NCBI GenBank assembly: GCA_051294905.1
Contig: CM119372.1
Span: forward strand, 32,986,001 to 33,050,000
DNA length: 64,000 bases
Reading direction: 5' to 3'
From: Botryllus schlosseri
Lineage: Eukaryota
Shown here: in pieces, positions 25,597 to 38,313 of the stretch
Layout of the letters: each line of letters begins with the position of its first letter
How positions within the stretch are numbered: the stretch's first letter is position 1
Made by a program: the position numbers and the translations under genes
Notes under the pieces: generated by a model
Told to the model about the DNA's origin: nothing
The model's database searches: none
Seen by the model: the letters and a program-made list of their open reading frames with translations, nothing else

Positions 25597-26622
25597 GACT
25601 AACGTAGGGTTAAGCATCACATTGCTACCGCACAGCAGATAACGGGTTTCAGTATTTTGATATATACTGTTCCAATTTTAAAATCAAATCGAAGTTCAGA
25701 ATTCATTTTGTGTCATGTCCGAGTCACGTAGCTACTGGCTGATGTTGTCTCATATGCTGTGTGAAAATGAAAAATTTCATGCATGAATCCAGCTTTGAAG
25801 CAGTCGTAAATCCGAATTCTGCACTGGGTACCTTTTCATATCTTACAATTTTCATGCCATCATAATATCTTTGGGTTGAAATTTATTGCATTTCAACTGC
25901 GGGCCGCTCTATGCATGGCGCTGACAGCATGAAAATCAACACTAAACTAGGGTGGCCAATGGCCATACGTCCGGAAATTCCCGGACATGTCCGGAATTTC
26001 ACTGTAAAAACTGCGTCCGGGAGGAATTTCTAAAATATTCCTAAATGTCCGGAATTTTGAAGGCTTGAAGTAGGCCCGATTTTTTTCCGTAAATCAACAT
26101 AAACAATATTTATTTTGAAGCAGATAAATGCTATTTGAAATTTTTTTCGCGCTGGGCGCGATTTAGTGCAACGTATGTTGATGTTAGTAGACCACGCACC
26201 GCCCTCGCAAAAATGCGAGCAAAAATAAATGAAAATAATCATCATTTACTTAAATACTTTTAATTGTAATCGCAATTATAAGATAACGGTATATTTCTAG
26301 AGTTGTTAAGGCCGTTTGGATGCTTTAGTCAAAGACATATAGGTTCTAAACCTGGGGGTCGTTTGCCTTTATTCTGGGGATCGCGAATATGTTGGACGTT
26401 ATCAGCTTCAGTAAGTCGTGAGCAAGCCGTGAGTAAGTCTGGGCAAGCTGACCTTTTTTAGTAATCAGCCTAGCCGGATCGTGGAACATTTGAGGTCGCA
26501 ACCATAAAAAGTTGGAAACCACCGGATGTGCAACCTGCTGGAGCATTTTATAGTAATATATGGAAGAAACCAATATTATTGACAAAATTTATTCAGAAAA
26601 TGTTACAACCAGATGCATATAG

Positions 26623-27590
26623 CAGTGTTGGTATCAAGTCACTACCTTCGAGTCACGAGTCATTTCGAGTCATTGCAGATTTTGACTCGAGTCAAGTCAA
26701 GTCAATCGATTTTCGAAGGTGACTCGAGTCAAGTCAAGTCATGTCACTCTATTTTTGGCGGTGACTCGAGTCAAGTCAAGTCACGAGTCAAAGTCACAAT
26801 TCAAGTCAAGTTTCCTTTTCGAAGTATGAGGCATGCTTGCGTCATTGCATTTTGCTAGCTGTCTGAAGTACAGATTGAGTGGGCATTGATTCTGAACCGA
26901 TGATCGAATATAGAGTTAAATGTACACGCAAGAAGCCGTTGTATCGCTCACATAGGCCTATACGTAGAAATGCTAAACTACGTAAGTAATTACATAGCCT
27001 CAGTTTGTAGTTACCAGCCAAAATAGAGAATAGAGATCGAAACGAATTGACAAGATGCAATATATTATCCATTTACAAATTGATATGATACAATTCGAGC
27101 CTGCGCCAACGGTTGAGGACTATACAAACTATATTTGAATTCAATTTCAATAAAATAAGAGGTTTGGTTTTAAGGTGAGAACAGAGAACAGAAATATACA
27201 TTTTGCTATTAAATTATACTCTACTATACTAGTTTACGACAGCGTAAGCTGTAAGCTTCGATCACTTCGTTCGCGGTCAATTCATTTGTGAGAGAACAAT
27301 GGAGGCTCAGTAAAATGCACGATTATTGAATGATTGGTCGCTTTCACGGGTTACACCAGCATTTCGCGAACAATCCGACCATATGCAAGATACAGTGATT
27401 TTATCGACATCGATTGCTTGATGACTTGAAATTGACTCGTGAATTTTGCTCCGAGTCACGAGTCAATCCTCATTTCTGATACGCCGAGTCAAGTCAAGTC
27501 AAGTCAATTTAGCAAAGTGACTCGAGTCAAGTCAAGTCATTCGAAACAGTTGACTCGAGTCAAGTGATGACACGAGTCATCCCAACACTG
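26623..27590 (+). mobile_element. Non-autonomous hAT element, GACTCGAGTC family, copy 3
   Basis: CAGTGTTGG/CCAACACTG ends; exact TSD GCATATAG. Confidence 0.9.
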
Positions 27591-28335
27591 GCATATAGTA
27601 GGCCTAAGCCCCGGAGAAGCTAGATCGATTTCCCTATGGTGCGCACAAGATCTGCAGTGCTTTTTTTGGGCGGAATTGAACTGTTAAACGCACGACCGGC
27701 CGACCGGATACGGTCCGCCAGCAAGGGCGTAGCCAGAAAAAATATTTGGGGTGGGGCGAAAAATTCGATGACGTAAATCAGCCAATCCCCCTTAAAGATA
27801 AGGAAAAATAGTTTAAAAACGGTGGTCTTGGCCCCTTATTGGATGATTAACACAACATCTTGGGCTAATATTCCACTCATACATAAAGTGATGTGATAAT
27901 ATAATGATTGTTGAAAACTCGGGGGTGAAGACTTTCGCGCGAAGCGCGAAAATTTTGTTATAGTTAATGAATGAAATGGGTTCAATATATTGTTACTTGC
28001 ATATTGCAAATACGTTTACCGGTAGAGCTGATAAAAGTGGTGTCATCGAACATTCAGGGGACCCGCTTGAACTATGCTCATACCATACGGCAAGACCATT
28101 TAGAGCAGTGGTTCTTAACCGGGAGTCCGCAAATCATAATTGCCAATAGCCTACTCATACTAACATATTGCTGTTCAGGGATGTTTTGTTGGGGTTTTGG
28201 AAAAAATTGTTAGCAGATATCCATTTTCTTCTATGATATGCACGACCGCTATTCCAGAATAACTTCACGATGAGCTGTTCGATAGAAATGACTAGGCTGG
28301 AGGTTATATTGGTCCGTGTATGTTGCCATCATATC

Positions 28336-30316
28336 TAGGGTTACCATATTTTTGAGAAGCAAATTCCGGACGCTTTTCAGCGCCCACTAGCGGATTTTAA
28401 AATGAGGTGTTACACATTGACCGTCAATATGACGTCACACTAGCAAAGCATTGGCCATCGACTGTATACACCAGTGGTCGGGAACCTTTTTCGTCTGAAG
28501 AGCCATGTTAGCCCTATATTTTCTATTTCAACTCAAAGAGCCATACATATCAATTAATTGTTACGTCACGATTGAAAATTCGTGACGTCCTGACAGCACA
28601 AATTCGAACTCACTACGTGGGATTAGTCGTGGGGCCATATTTTCTCTGTAAAAACTGGTAGGCTACTAATCATCATGTGATGGCGCAATCCATCGTAAAT
28701 AGCTCAGAATATATGATAATTGATATTAAGCGAACATAACTGTAGCACTGATTCCGTAAATCTCAATATTGATCGACTTCTCAATTAGGAGGTAACATAA
28801 ACGTTGCACTACGCATACATTTTACGGCAGTACTAGAAAGCTACTTATAATTGAAGAACGTGTATAACGAAGCGTTGTTTGTAATTTGGATTTGTAATTG
28901 GAATGTCACTTCCAAGGCAGTTCATTTCTCGACGTAGATCAGGAAGACAATGTGTATTTGTGTGTCTGCTATTCTCTTTGATCAACCAACGCATGGTGCA
29001 ATCCAAGCTTACACTGCGCGCGATGCCTGGTAGCCTACATCGAATTCGCTAGGGATTGTGATCGCTGGCGCAACAGCAACTTCAATTTGAGGATTTTGTA
29101 AAGTAATCCGAGTCCTTAACCCTGGATACGCCACTGTCTTGACCTCTCAAATACATGTTTATGCTACCACAAGAATCATTATTCCGGCCGTTAAGAAAAT
29201 TTACCAACAAGTTGCTGCAATATCGATAAAATTAGGTACAAAATTTAAAAATGTCAAAGAGCCATATCTTATATCCAAAAGAGCCATATATGGCTCGCGA
29301 GCCATAGGTTCCCGACCACTGGTATACACTATGCAGGAATGAAGTGGAACATAGGTCATGAATTGGGCTATCTGTCATGTGAGCTCACGTGATTGCTACT
29401 TGCTAGGGTTTGCAATAGATTCCTCCACGGGCCGGAAGAAATCATCTGGCGGGCCGTGTCTGGCCTGTCAGGATTGTGTTTGACAGCCCTGCTATGCAGT
29501 TAGGTCGGTGCGGCTATCTGTTTATGTGTTTTAATCAGATTCGAAACAACATTTTTTCTCCCCCTTTCCGCCAAAAAAAGCACTGATCTTGGGCCCATCA
29601 TAGGGTAGTCGATGTATCTTGTTGGGCACTTACTATATGCATTTTGGCTGTTAAATTTTATGTATGAATTCTGTCAGTAATATTGATTCTTCGATATATT
29701 AGGCTACTATAAAATGCACCAGCAGGTTGCACATCCGGTGATTTCCAACCTTTTATGGCCGCGACCTCATTTCCCACTTGAAATATTCCGCGGCAAAGCT
29801 CAAAACTTGATAAGCTGGTTACTAAAACAATTCAGCTTGCCCACACTTACTCACGGCCCAGGAAGCTGATTACGTCCAACATCATCACGATCCCCAGATA
29901 AAGGCGGACGACCCCAAGATTTCGAACCACAGTCTGTGATTGAAGCATCCAATCGGCCTTAACCAACTCTAGGAATAGACCGTTAGCTTATAATTGCGAT
30001 TACAATCAGACTTATTTCAGTAAATGATGGTTATTTATATTTATTTTGATTGCGTTTTTGGCGAGGGGTGCCTGGTGCCCATACTAATATCATTATACGT
30101 TGCATGAACTCGCGCGCGGCGCGAAGGACAATTTTGAATAGCATAAATCTGCTTGAAAATAATATTGTTTATGTTGATTTACGAAAAACTTTTGAGCCTG
30201 CTTCCAGCCTTCAAAATTCCGGACATTTAGGCATATTTCAGAAATTCCTCCCGGACGCAGATTTTTCAGTGAAATTCCGGACATGTCCGGGAAATTCCGG
30301 ACGTATGGCAACCCTA
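28336..30316. mobile_element. Element B: second copy of family A, in opposite orientation
   Basis: TAGGGTTACCATA / TATGGCAACCCTA ends. 29634-30316 is the reverse complement of 25948-26622, and 28336-28470 matches A's right end. TSD imperfect (TCATATC/TCATAGC). Confidence 0.85.
28472..29321. mobile_element. hAT-Charlie-like MITE E
   Basis: TIR CAGTGGTCGGGAACCT/AGGTTCCCGACCACTG; exact TSD GTATACAC. Confidence 0.9.
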
Positions 30317-31397
30317 TCATAGCCGCAAAGGTGTCGTCGGAAGCGTTACATTCGCCACCTCCTATCTTTGTGGAAATGGATTTTCGGCACTCGTTCATAT
30401 CAAATCGCTGACATTAAGTGATGAACAATCAGTGTGAATTTTGGACCTATAGTCGCGCGGAGCGTCAAATGTTTTTGGATAAATGAACGAATTTGATGAA
30501 TAATATTCGTGCGTGAGCAAGTGGATTCCGGTCTTATTAATTACTTCGTTGAAGCACGGTTATTTAGCAACCTCTGGTAAAGATTGACGCTATACGTTAA
30601 AGATTGGAATTGCTGATACATACCAGACCAAATTAAAAAACTCCTTTGATCAGACTTTTTAACGGTATGTGTGCCAGTCGCATTTATGTCGGAGGGGTCT
30701 GCTGATTGCAGGGGCAGGATCAATAGGCGCCAGCCATTTAAGCACCCGAAAATCTATATCGAAGGCTTCGGAATACATGCGTCGGTTTTATAGTTGTCAA
30801 TCATTTTGAGAGCGGACTTTGCGGAGTCTCATGTAGCCTACTTTAAATGTCTTCGTGTGTCCCGGTACGGCAATTGCTGGAACTCACAGTCACCAACCCC
30901 CTTACTGAACTGACACCCCTAGACTCAATCAACTCAACGACCTCGGGCTACTCTCGTGTATGTACTGGTACTGTTGTATTCTCATGAGAATGCAGCTAAA
31001 TTCAATTATGGGTAGGCTATTTGTAGAATAATTTTTTTTTTCGGGATTCCGATAATAAAAACAAGACGTGTATATGGATACTAAATCGCGCGAAGCGTGA
31101 AGAAATTTTTTAGGTTGCATTCGTCTGCCCCAAAATACTGTTATATTTATTGATTTTAGTAAAAGTTTTCAAAAATTTGGGGAGAGCGATTGCCCGTTTC
31201 GCCCCTCTCTGGCTACTCCAGTGTCCGCCAGGCGATTTCATCCGGCCCGTGAAGAAATCTGTTGCAGACCCTAGCAATCACCAGAGCTCACATAAGAGAT
31301 GGCCCAATTCAGAACCTATGTTCCACTCCACTCCTGTATACAGTCGATAATCGAAGCTTTGCTAGTGTGACGTCATATTGACTGACAATGTGTTCAT

Positions 31398-34300
31398 TAG
31401 GGTTGTTCAAAATTTGGAAAATGTTTGGAATTCTGCGTGTCCATCGCTTATTCTTTAGATTATTGTTAAAAAACAATAATGGGCTTGAAAGAAGCTCCCA
31501 GGAAAGCCGCTAACATTTGTCTAAATGCGTTTGAAAGTCGTTGTTGAAGAGTGGGCGGGCAACCGACAGCAGAGGCGGGCAATCACGAAACCACGGTTCT
31601 TGATTCGGTAATCGGCTAAGCTTCACTGATTACTGCAACAGCTGACTCGGATTCGGGAGCTTCGCTGAATTGAAAGTCTGTTTTGCTGAGGTAGAGTCTG
31701 TTAGTAGCGGTTGTGGTTCTGTACAAGCGCGTTGTGTGTTGATGAGTCATTAGTAGTACTGTAACACGTGTTCTTTGAATGCATCACAGTCGATAGCAGT
31801 AGTTTATGCTTTGGAGCAACAATAGTGCAGTCATGGCAGAGGCAAAACGGCGAAAGATTGCACACATGCCGCAGCGAAGAACAAGATCCAAATCTGAGCA
31901 GTACTTGGTCGGATATACTTGCGATTACATCTGTGGCTCGAGATTACCTACTATACGAGAAGTAATGAGTTACTTGCTGCATCTGAAAGAGCATTGTCCT
32001 CAGTCAACCCCTACTCATGAACTATGTACTGTGGTGGTGGATGATGTAATGACAGTGTGGAAAATGGCGAGAATTGCGACAATGCAGAAATCACATGTGG
32101 TGCGATCACATGAAAACCTGCACGAAAGATGGCGTGATCTGAAGAAGAATACGAAACAGGAAAGTGATTCCAAAGGTAAGAGGAGAAAATTCACTGATGA
32201 TTTGGACAAGCTGTGGGATATTGGAAGTAGAGATGCCATACCAACAATAAAAAATGACATTTATCTATCACATGAAAGAAAGCTTGAAGACATTGCAATT
32301 TATGAAGATCAACGGCAATCTCGCCAGTCAATAATGTTGGGAAGAGACAAAATTCTGGCTAAAGACCTCAAAAAGAAAACAGCAGCCATTGCAGATCAAA
32401 CTGTTGAAAACGTTTCACACGACTCAAGTTGTGACTATGTTGTTTTAGCATCATCGTCATCTTCAAAAGAGGGTGACAGTTTGAGTTCAAGTTCTGACTA
32501 TGATGCTGATGTTGGACTTGGCACCTCGACCCAATCCATTAAACTGATGGCACCTAAAAATATTATGAAAAATATGCATGTTTCCCAAGCTCTGGATCGA
32601 TTGCAAGTAACTGACAACGATGCAACGATGCTGATGGGAGCATTTATTAAGGCTTGTGGAGGAGATATAGCCATGTTCTCCCTGTCAAGATCTTCAACGA
32701 AGAGAGCCAGGGAAACAAATCGCCTGGAAATATCTCAGGACATTTTGGAAAAATTTGCCGAAAATAGACCACAGCATGTTGCCATTCATTGGGATGGAAA
32801 GCTCACAGAGGATAGATTAGGAAATCGATATGAAGCTTTGTCAATTGTTCTATCTTGTCAACCTCAATACTCGGAAGGAAAACTACTTGGAATTCAGAAG
32901 ATACAAAATGCGGCAGGTCAGACACAAGCTGAAACTACTTTCGACATAATTAAAAAGTGGGATATACAAGATGCTGTAACAGCTTTGATTTTTGACACCA
33001 CAGCAAGCAACAGCGGCTGGAAGAAGGGTGCAGCGAAGATCCTTGAGGACCTCCTAGGAAAGAAGGTTTTTTACCATGCGTGTCGGCACCATGTGTATGA
33101 GCTAGTAGTCAAAGACGTCTGGAAATGTTTATTTGGAAAAGCAACAACCGGACCAAAGAACACATGGTTTGCCCACCTTAAGAAGAGCTGGAGCAGTCTT
33201 GACAGAAAACAGCAATTCAAGACTCTGACTATTCCTATATGCTTTAAAGAACGAGCAGCAATGACAGTTGAGAACTTCAAGCTACTACTCGCCAGAAGAT
33301 TTCTTCACACGGGATGACTACAAACAATGTGTGACTAATGCTCTTGCTCTTCTCGGTGCAGATGGAGATATACATCATCACAAACCTGGTGCAACACACC
33401 ATGCAAGGTGGATGGGCACAATTCTGTATGCTCAGAAGATGTTCATGTGGGCTGATCAGTTACATTACAAATCTGAAGAAGTGGAACTGCTGCATCGCTT
33501 CAATTTATTTTTAGTTCTCTTCTATATCCCTGCCTGGGTTGCTTCCAGCATCGGTCGTGATGCAGCCGGTAATGACTTGAGATTCATCCAGGACATGTTG
33601 AGTTACAAGGAACATGATGAACAAGTTTCCAAAGCTGCTTCACAAAAGCTTTTAAAGCATGACTGGTATATCGTGGAGGAAACCGCTGTATATGCCTTGT
33701 TTTCGCCGAGTGAAAGCAATGAAACCCGAGAAAATATGGCAAAGACGCTCCTACAGGTAGAGCGAACTTCAAGTTTCAGGAGAGGCCCGCCCTCGTTGAA
33801 TGCAACTGTACGCATCAACAAGGACACTACTTTGTCTGATTTTATTGGGCCACAGTCGTGGTACATATTTGATGTTTTTGAATGCTCTGGGGCGTGGCTA
33901 GCTCAACCGGTTGATGTTTGGCACTTATCAGATTCCTACACCAGAATGAGCTCCTACATCAGTTCTGTCAAAGTCGTTAATGATGCCGCAGAACGAGGTG
34001 TAAAGCTAAGCACAGACTATGCTGCAATCTTGACTGACAATGAACAACAAAGAGACAGTCTGCTTCAAGCTGTGGAACAGCATAGGAAGACAGTTGGAGA
34101 CAGCAGGAAGTCAACTCTAATCAAAAGCCTGTAATCTGCAACTTGTGCCTGACAATGCAACGCTAATCTGCAACGTACTTTTTTAATGTCTTTTGTAAAT
34201 GGTGCTTTTCGCCTTCATTCAATTGTGAATAAAAAGTGTAATATGCGTTTGTTTATGGGTGAGACGTCGACCAGTCATAACAAGTACTACTGAGATGTTG

Positions 34301-34830
34301 ACTCCTGGTGGTAAATTTTTGAGTTTCACTCACTGTCAGTAACTTTTGGAAAGGTAGCAATATGCATGCATCTAGTTTATTCGTATCTCAACTAGCGAGA
34401 GCACCTGTGCAATACATAGCACTTTCTGCAGGTAGATATTAACTTAGGCGGTTGCGATGTTGTACTATGGACTCTTGGTGACAACATTAACAAAGGCAAT
34501 ATATCATGTCTGTAATGCCACCAACAGAAACGACTGCACAACAGCACGCAAAAATCGTTACCAGCAGTGTTCACAAAGTCGGTCTTTCAGCCAATCATTA
34601 GCTTATTATTACCGGCTTCAACCAATCAGGATTAATGGCTTCTCTTTGCCCGCCCACTTCATCGATTCCCCGCCCACTCGCCGACGGCTACTTTCAAACG
34701 CATTTAGACAAATGTTAGCGGCTTTCCTGCGCGCTTCTTTCAAGCCCATTATTGTTTTTTAACAATAATCTACAGAATAAGCGATGAACACGCAGAATTC
34801 CAAACATTTTCCAAATTTTGAACAACCCTA
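31398..34830 (+). mobile_element. Full-length hAT-superfamily (hATm-like) transposon with long TIRs
   Basis: About 140 bp of near-identical TIR (TAGGGTTGTTCAAAATTTGG...); exact 8-bp TSD GTGTTCAT. Confidence 0.92.
31806..34134 (+). pseudogene. hATm-like transposase split by one frameshift near 33290
   Basis: HWDGK, FDTTASNSG and ACRHH in ORF 31806-33317; RDDYK, PGATHHARWM and VVNDAAERGVKL in ORF 33268-34134. Confidence 0.85.
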
Positions 34831-35603
34831 GTGTTCATAATTCATTGTAAAACCCGCTAGTAGGCGCTAAGGACCGTCCGGAATTTGAGCCACAAAAATA
34901 TGGTAACCCTACACTAAACGAGCATGCACCTTGACAATCTCAATAATTTTACCTGCTTTGTTACAAAAGTTTGCTCGAAATATCCAGCTTTCTGTTTGTG
35001 AAAAATCAGTGACTCTCTGCTGTGAGCTTGACCCGCAATCACACAACATCAAGAGCGAAATACGCTACATGTAGGTAAGCGAATGATGCTTATTCAACCA
35101 ATCAATGATATTGATATCGTTGTCTGATGTAAAAAAAATCTAGCAAGCGTAGGGGGTCCATTTCGATTTCATCTTTATTGTATCATAAAGACCAAATCCG
35201 TGCGTACTGCTGTATAACTTGTTAATGGGGTAAAACCCGTTTTACACTCTCCTCGACATCAACATAGCAGCACTCAGACGCCGAATACATTGCCCGGTCT
35301 AGCCTAGACCGTTAAGCCGTAAGCTTATATTCCTTGGAAAGTCCTCGTCGCAACTGTTGTCAAAGCGAAGTAAGATATTGATTTTATGGGATCATATCAT
35401 TTGATTGCTCCAGTTGATACATTTGGCGACGTTTAAAAGTCAGTATGTACTTCAACATTGTGGCATTATGCGGCCCGAGTCGTCGCTAGGTATCGTGTAC
35501 TTTAATATATATCACTTCACTGAAATGCAGGGTTGGTATTAGCAAAATGATGTTCGCGTTCACACATAACCTATCAAAAAGTTTCCCGTTCACACGAACC
35601 TGA

Positions 35604-35869
35604 ACCGAGCGAGATAGTGTAATGGTTATGCGTCCGGCTTCTCGAGCGGTAGGTCGTGGGTTCGATCCCCGGCCGGGTCATACCAAAGACTCGAAAAATG
35701 GTATCCGCAGCTATCCTGCTAGGCGCTCAGCAATCACGGATAGCATGGAGGAGAAAAAAAAAACGGGGGCGCAGACTAGATGACCTCATGGGGTCGTATC
35801 GCAACTCCGTCGCCAAAGCATCTCGATGGTGCAGGTGAGAAAGAATATCATATCTCTCTCTCTCTCTCT
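35604..35869 (+). mobile_element. Full-length tRNA-derived SINE with a Meta-domain-like core, LINE-like 3' stem-loop and (TC)n tail
   Basis: A box TAGTGTAATGG, B box GGTTCGATCC, core GGTCATACCAAAGACT...AAAAATGGTA...GGCGCTCAGCA, tail GACTAGATGACCT...GGTC followed by (TC)n. Confidence 0.85.
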
Positions 35870-36134
35870 GCTCAACAGTTCAAGTAAAATCGAGGTGATT
35901 TCCCAAGTTTGTTCAGTGAAATGTTCACGCCATCTAGTGTCGCACATTCACACCGTACCAGGTCTTCGACTTCAAAAAATGTATTTATTTCACATATCAC
36001 GAATCATAAGTGACGCAGATCCATCTTATATTATGGTCCAAAAATATGGAATGCCATTCCGTTAGCCTGTAAGGAATTGTCATTTTCTGCATTTTGTCGC
36101 GAATACAGAACTCATTTACTTATACCGTAGTTAG

Positions 36135-38224
36135 CAGACATGGGGTGATTACGTCATGAATGTAATCGATTGCGATAACGATTACTTCTGAATGACGCGA
36201 TTACGATTACGATTACAGCAAAATCAGGAAGTAGTTGATTACGATTACATTGGAAAAGTAATCACGATTACATTTAGTTTGCATCTTAGAATTTATATTG
36301 GAAGACAATATGTGGATTGCGCTGAAAAGGCCTAATGAGATAACAAACTTCCTTTAAAAAAGATGCGTCATTTGCTTGTTACGTCATAATGTAGCCTACC
36401 TATTGCCCATTTTTATAGAGCACGATTTATCGCACCCAACGATTTGCATTCTTGCCAGGTCCATGACTGCCGCAGTGCCGCAGCCCAAATTTCTCAATAG
36501 GGTGAGGAGCGAGCCCGAAGGGGACTCAAAGTATTTCGTGGACCAACATAAATTATAGAGTATTTTTGAGAGATTAAATTGACTTGAAAATTCTCTCTAG
36601 ATAAGCTTGATTTTGAAATGCGTACGTCTTCCCCTCAACAAAAAAAAGCATACATAATTTAAAGTAGGGCTGCATTTAAAACAAATGGTCGTTTAAAACA
36701 CTTTGTTTAAAACATGTTTTGAACAAAGACTTTAAAAAACAAAATTATGTTTTTTTAAGTTGTAAAATTATGCCATAATTGTGTAAATACTTTTCAAAAA
36801 ACATGTTGTATGAGCCTACAGACAATAACCACTCGATTTAGCCGACGTAGAGGCTACTTTATGCTCAATGTGATCGATAATTACATTTCTTCTGAAATAT
36901 TATCCGCACAGGTATGTAAATAGTATAAATGTGCGGATAATGTTTCAGAAGAAATGTAATTATCAATCACATTGAGCATAAAGTACGTTGCATCATGATT
37001 GCTTGTAAGTTCTCGTCACTCAGGGAATGAGGTATAGTTGGAGTAGCCAACATTACCAATTATTGCGTCACATGATAGACTATGCTCGGATACGTCGTGT
37101 CTAGACTCAATAGAATATCGGATCAACATTACAGTTATCATTATTACATCACAAAATCATGCCATTCCAAGTGCTCCTAAAACCGTTGCACAAGCGTGTA
37201 TTTTATCCTGCACAGCGTTCAATAGTTCACGTTCACACATAACAAAAGTGATCGTATTCCGTGAACAGCGAACAACGTACGCTTCATGGAGCTTGCATAG
37301 ATCACGATAAAATGTATAAAACACCAAAGTATGGAAGCATGGAAATGTCGTTCCATACCATAGATTAAAATCTTCCATTCCATATCATACTTGCATTGCT
37401 CCATATTCCATACCAAAATATCGATCCATACCATACCATGCCCTGCATATGAGAATAAGATGCAGAGAACATAAAATTCTGCCTTCAACTTGATAGAGAT
37501 AATGTACTGCAAGCTGCCGTTACGAGAAACGGCAATACGGCTCGATTATGATATATATCAGCAGCTGTTGATTTTCAATGCTTCGTTGTGGAAACCGTAA
37601 TGTATTATTTGACGAGTACAAAATTTCAAATCTTTGTCCGATGTACGTATACGTACTACATAGGCCTACTGCTCGCCAAGCAGCATCGGTCAAACTGCGT
37701 TTAAATAAGCATAACCAAAAATCAATACACAAGTTACTATTTTAAACTAGGCAGAGTGGTGATTAATTATCCTGCTGCGAGGTACTGGCGTGTGGAACAT
37801 TGTGATAACCTGATATACAGCACAGCGGGTGTTCTTACAATCAGACTAATGTTCGATTGTACGTACATCGAATATCTATTCTATTTGCTGTTGATGTGGA
37901 TACTTCTTACGCAATGACTAGCAAAGCTAATAGGCAACTTCTGACGTAATAATGAGCAATGGCATTTGAAAATCAGACGTTTGTGCTATCACGAGCCTGG
38001 TATAATATCTCTTCCTTGTTCACGAATGTTCAGTTTATGTCATAGTCCTTGTACAAATAAAAAGTAATCGTTCTTTCACAAAGAAATCGATTAGATATGG
38101 GAAGTAGTCGATTACGATTACTTCGGATTTTTTTCGAATGTAATCGATTGCGATTACGATTACTTGAAATTGCTGTGATCGTCGTAATCGATTACGATTA
38201 CTAATCGCGATTACCCCATGTCTG
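36135..38224. mobile_element. Non-autonomous hAT element with (CGATTA)n subterminal repeats
   Basis: CAGACATGGGGT/ACCCCATGTCTG ends; exact TSD GTAGTTAG. Confidence 0.88.
36855..36985. repeat. Long hairpin with arms of about 56 bp and a 19-nt loop
   Basis: TACTTTATGCTCAATGTGAT...CCGCACA / TGTGCGG...ATCACATTGAGCATAAAGTA. Confidence 0.95.
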
Positions 38225-38313
38225 GTAGTTAGTTGCTTTACATTGTAATTGCCGTTCACCCTATTTATTTCCTGTTTCGGTTGAATTTAGTCCTTTAGTA
38301 TTTTGCCTGTTAC

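Larger units (their letters stand above)
21112..25609 (+). mobile_element. Degenerate piggyBac element with nested insertions
   Basis: TTAA|CCCTACGTTAGT ... ACTAACGTAGGG|TTAA; transposase remnant KLAEYGIKMQQLADANPYYICKINIYAGKQ at about 23098-23187, matching the piggyBac KPxKYGIK...Y.GK motif. Confidence 0.85.
27722..31223. mobile_element. Non-autonomous hAT (Tip100-like) element C
   Basis: CAAGGGCGTAGCCAG / CTGGCTACTCCAGTG ends; exact TSD TCCGCCAG. Confidence 0.85.
25948..34911. mobile_element. Non-autonomous hAT (Blackjack-like, TAGGGT termini) element A, host of a nested stack
   Basis: TAGGGT...CCATA / TATGGTAACCCTA ends; exact TSD CACTAAAC at 25940-25947 and 34912-34919. Confidence 0.85.

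Noticed and set aside
28336..34911. Single element with long TIRs from 28336 to 34911 (or 25948 to 30316)
   Set aside because: The TSD CACTAAAC pairs 25948 with 34911. The long inverted repeats come from two opposite copies of one family.
35604..35680. tRNA gene
   Set aside because: A and B boxes are present, but the sequence runs into a SINE core and tail and has a diverged second copy at 23804-23950.
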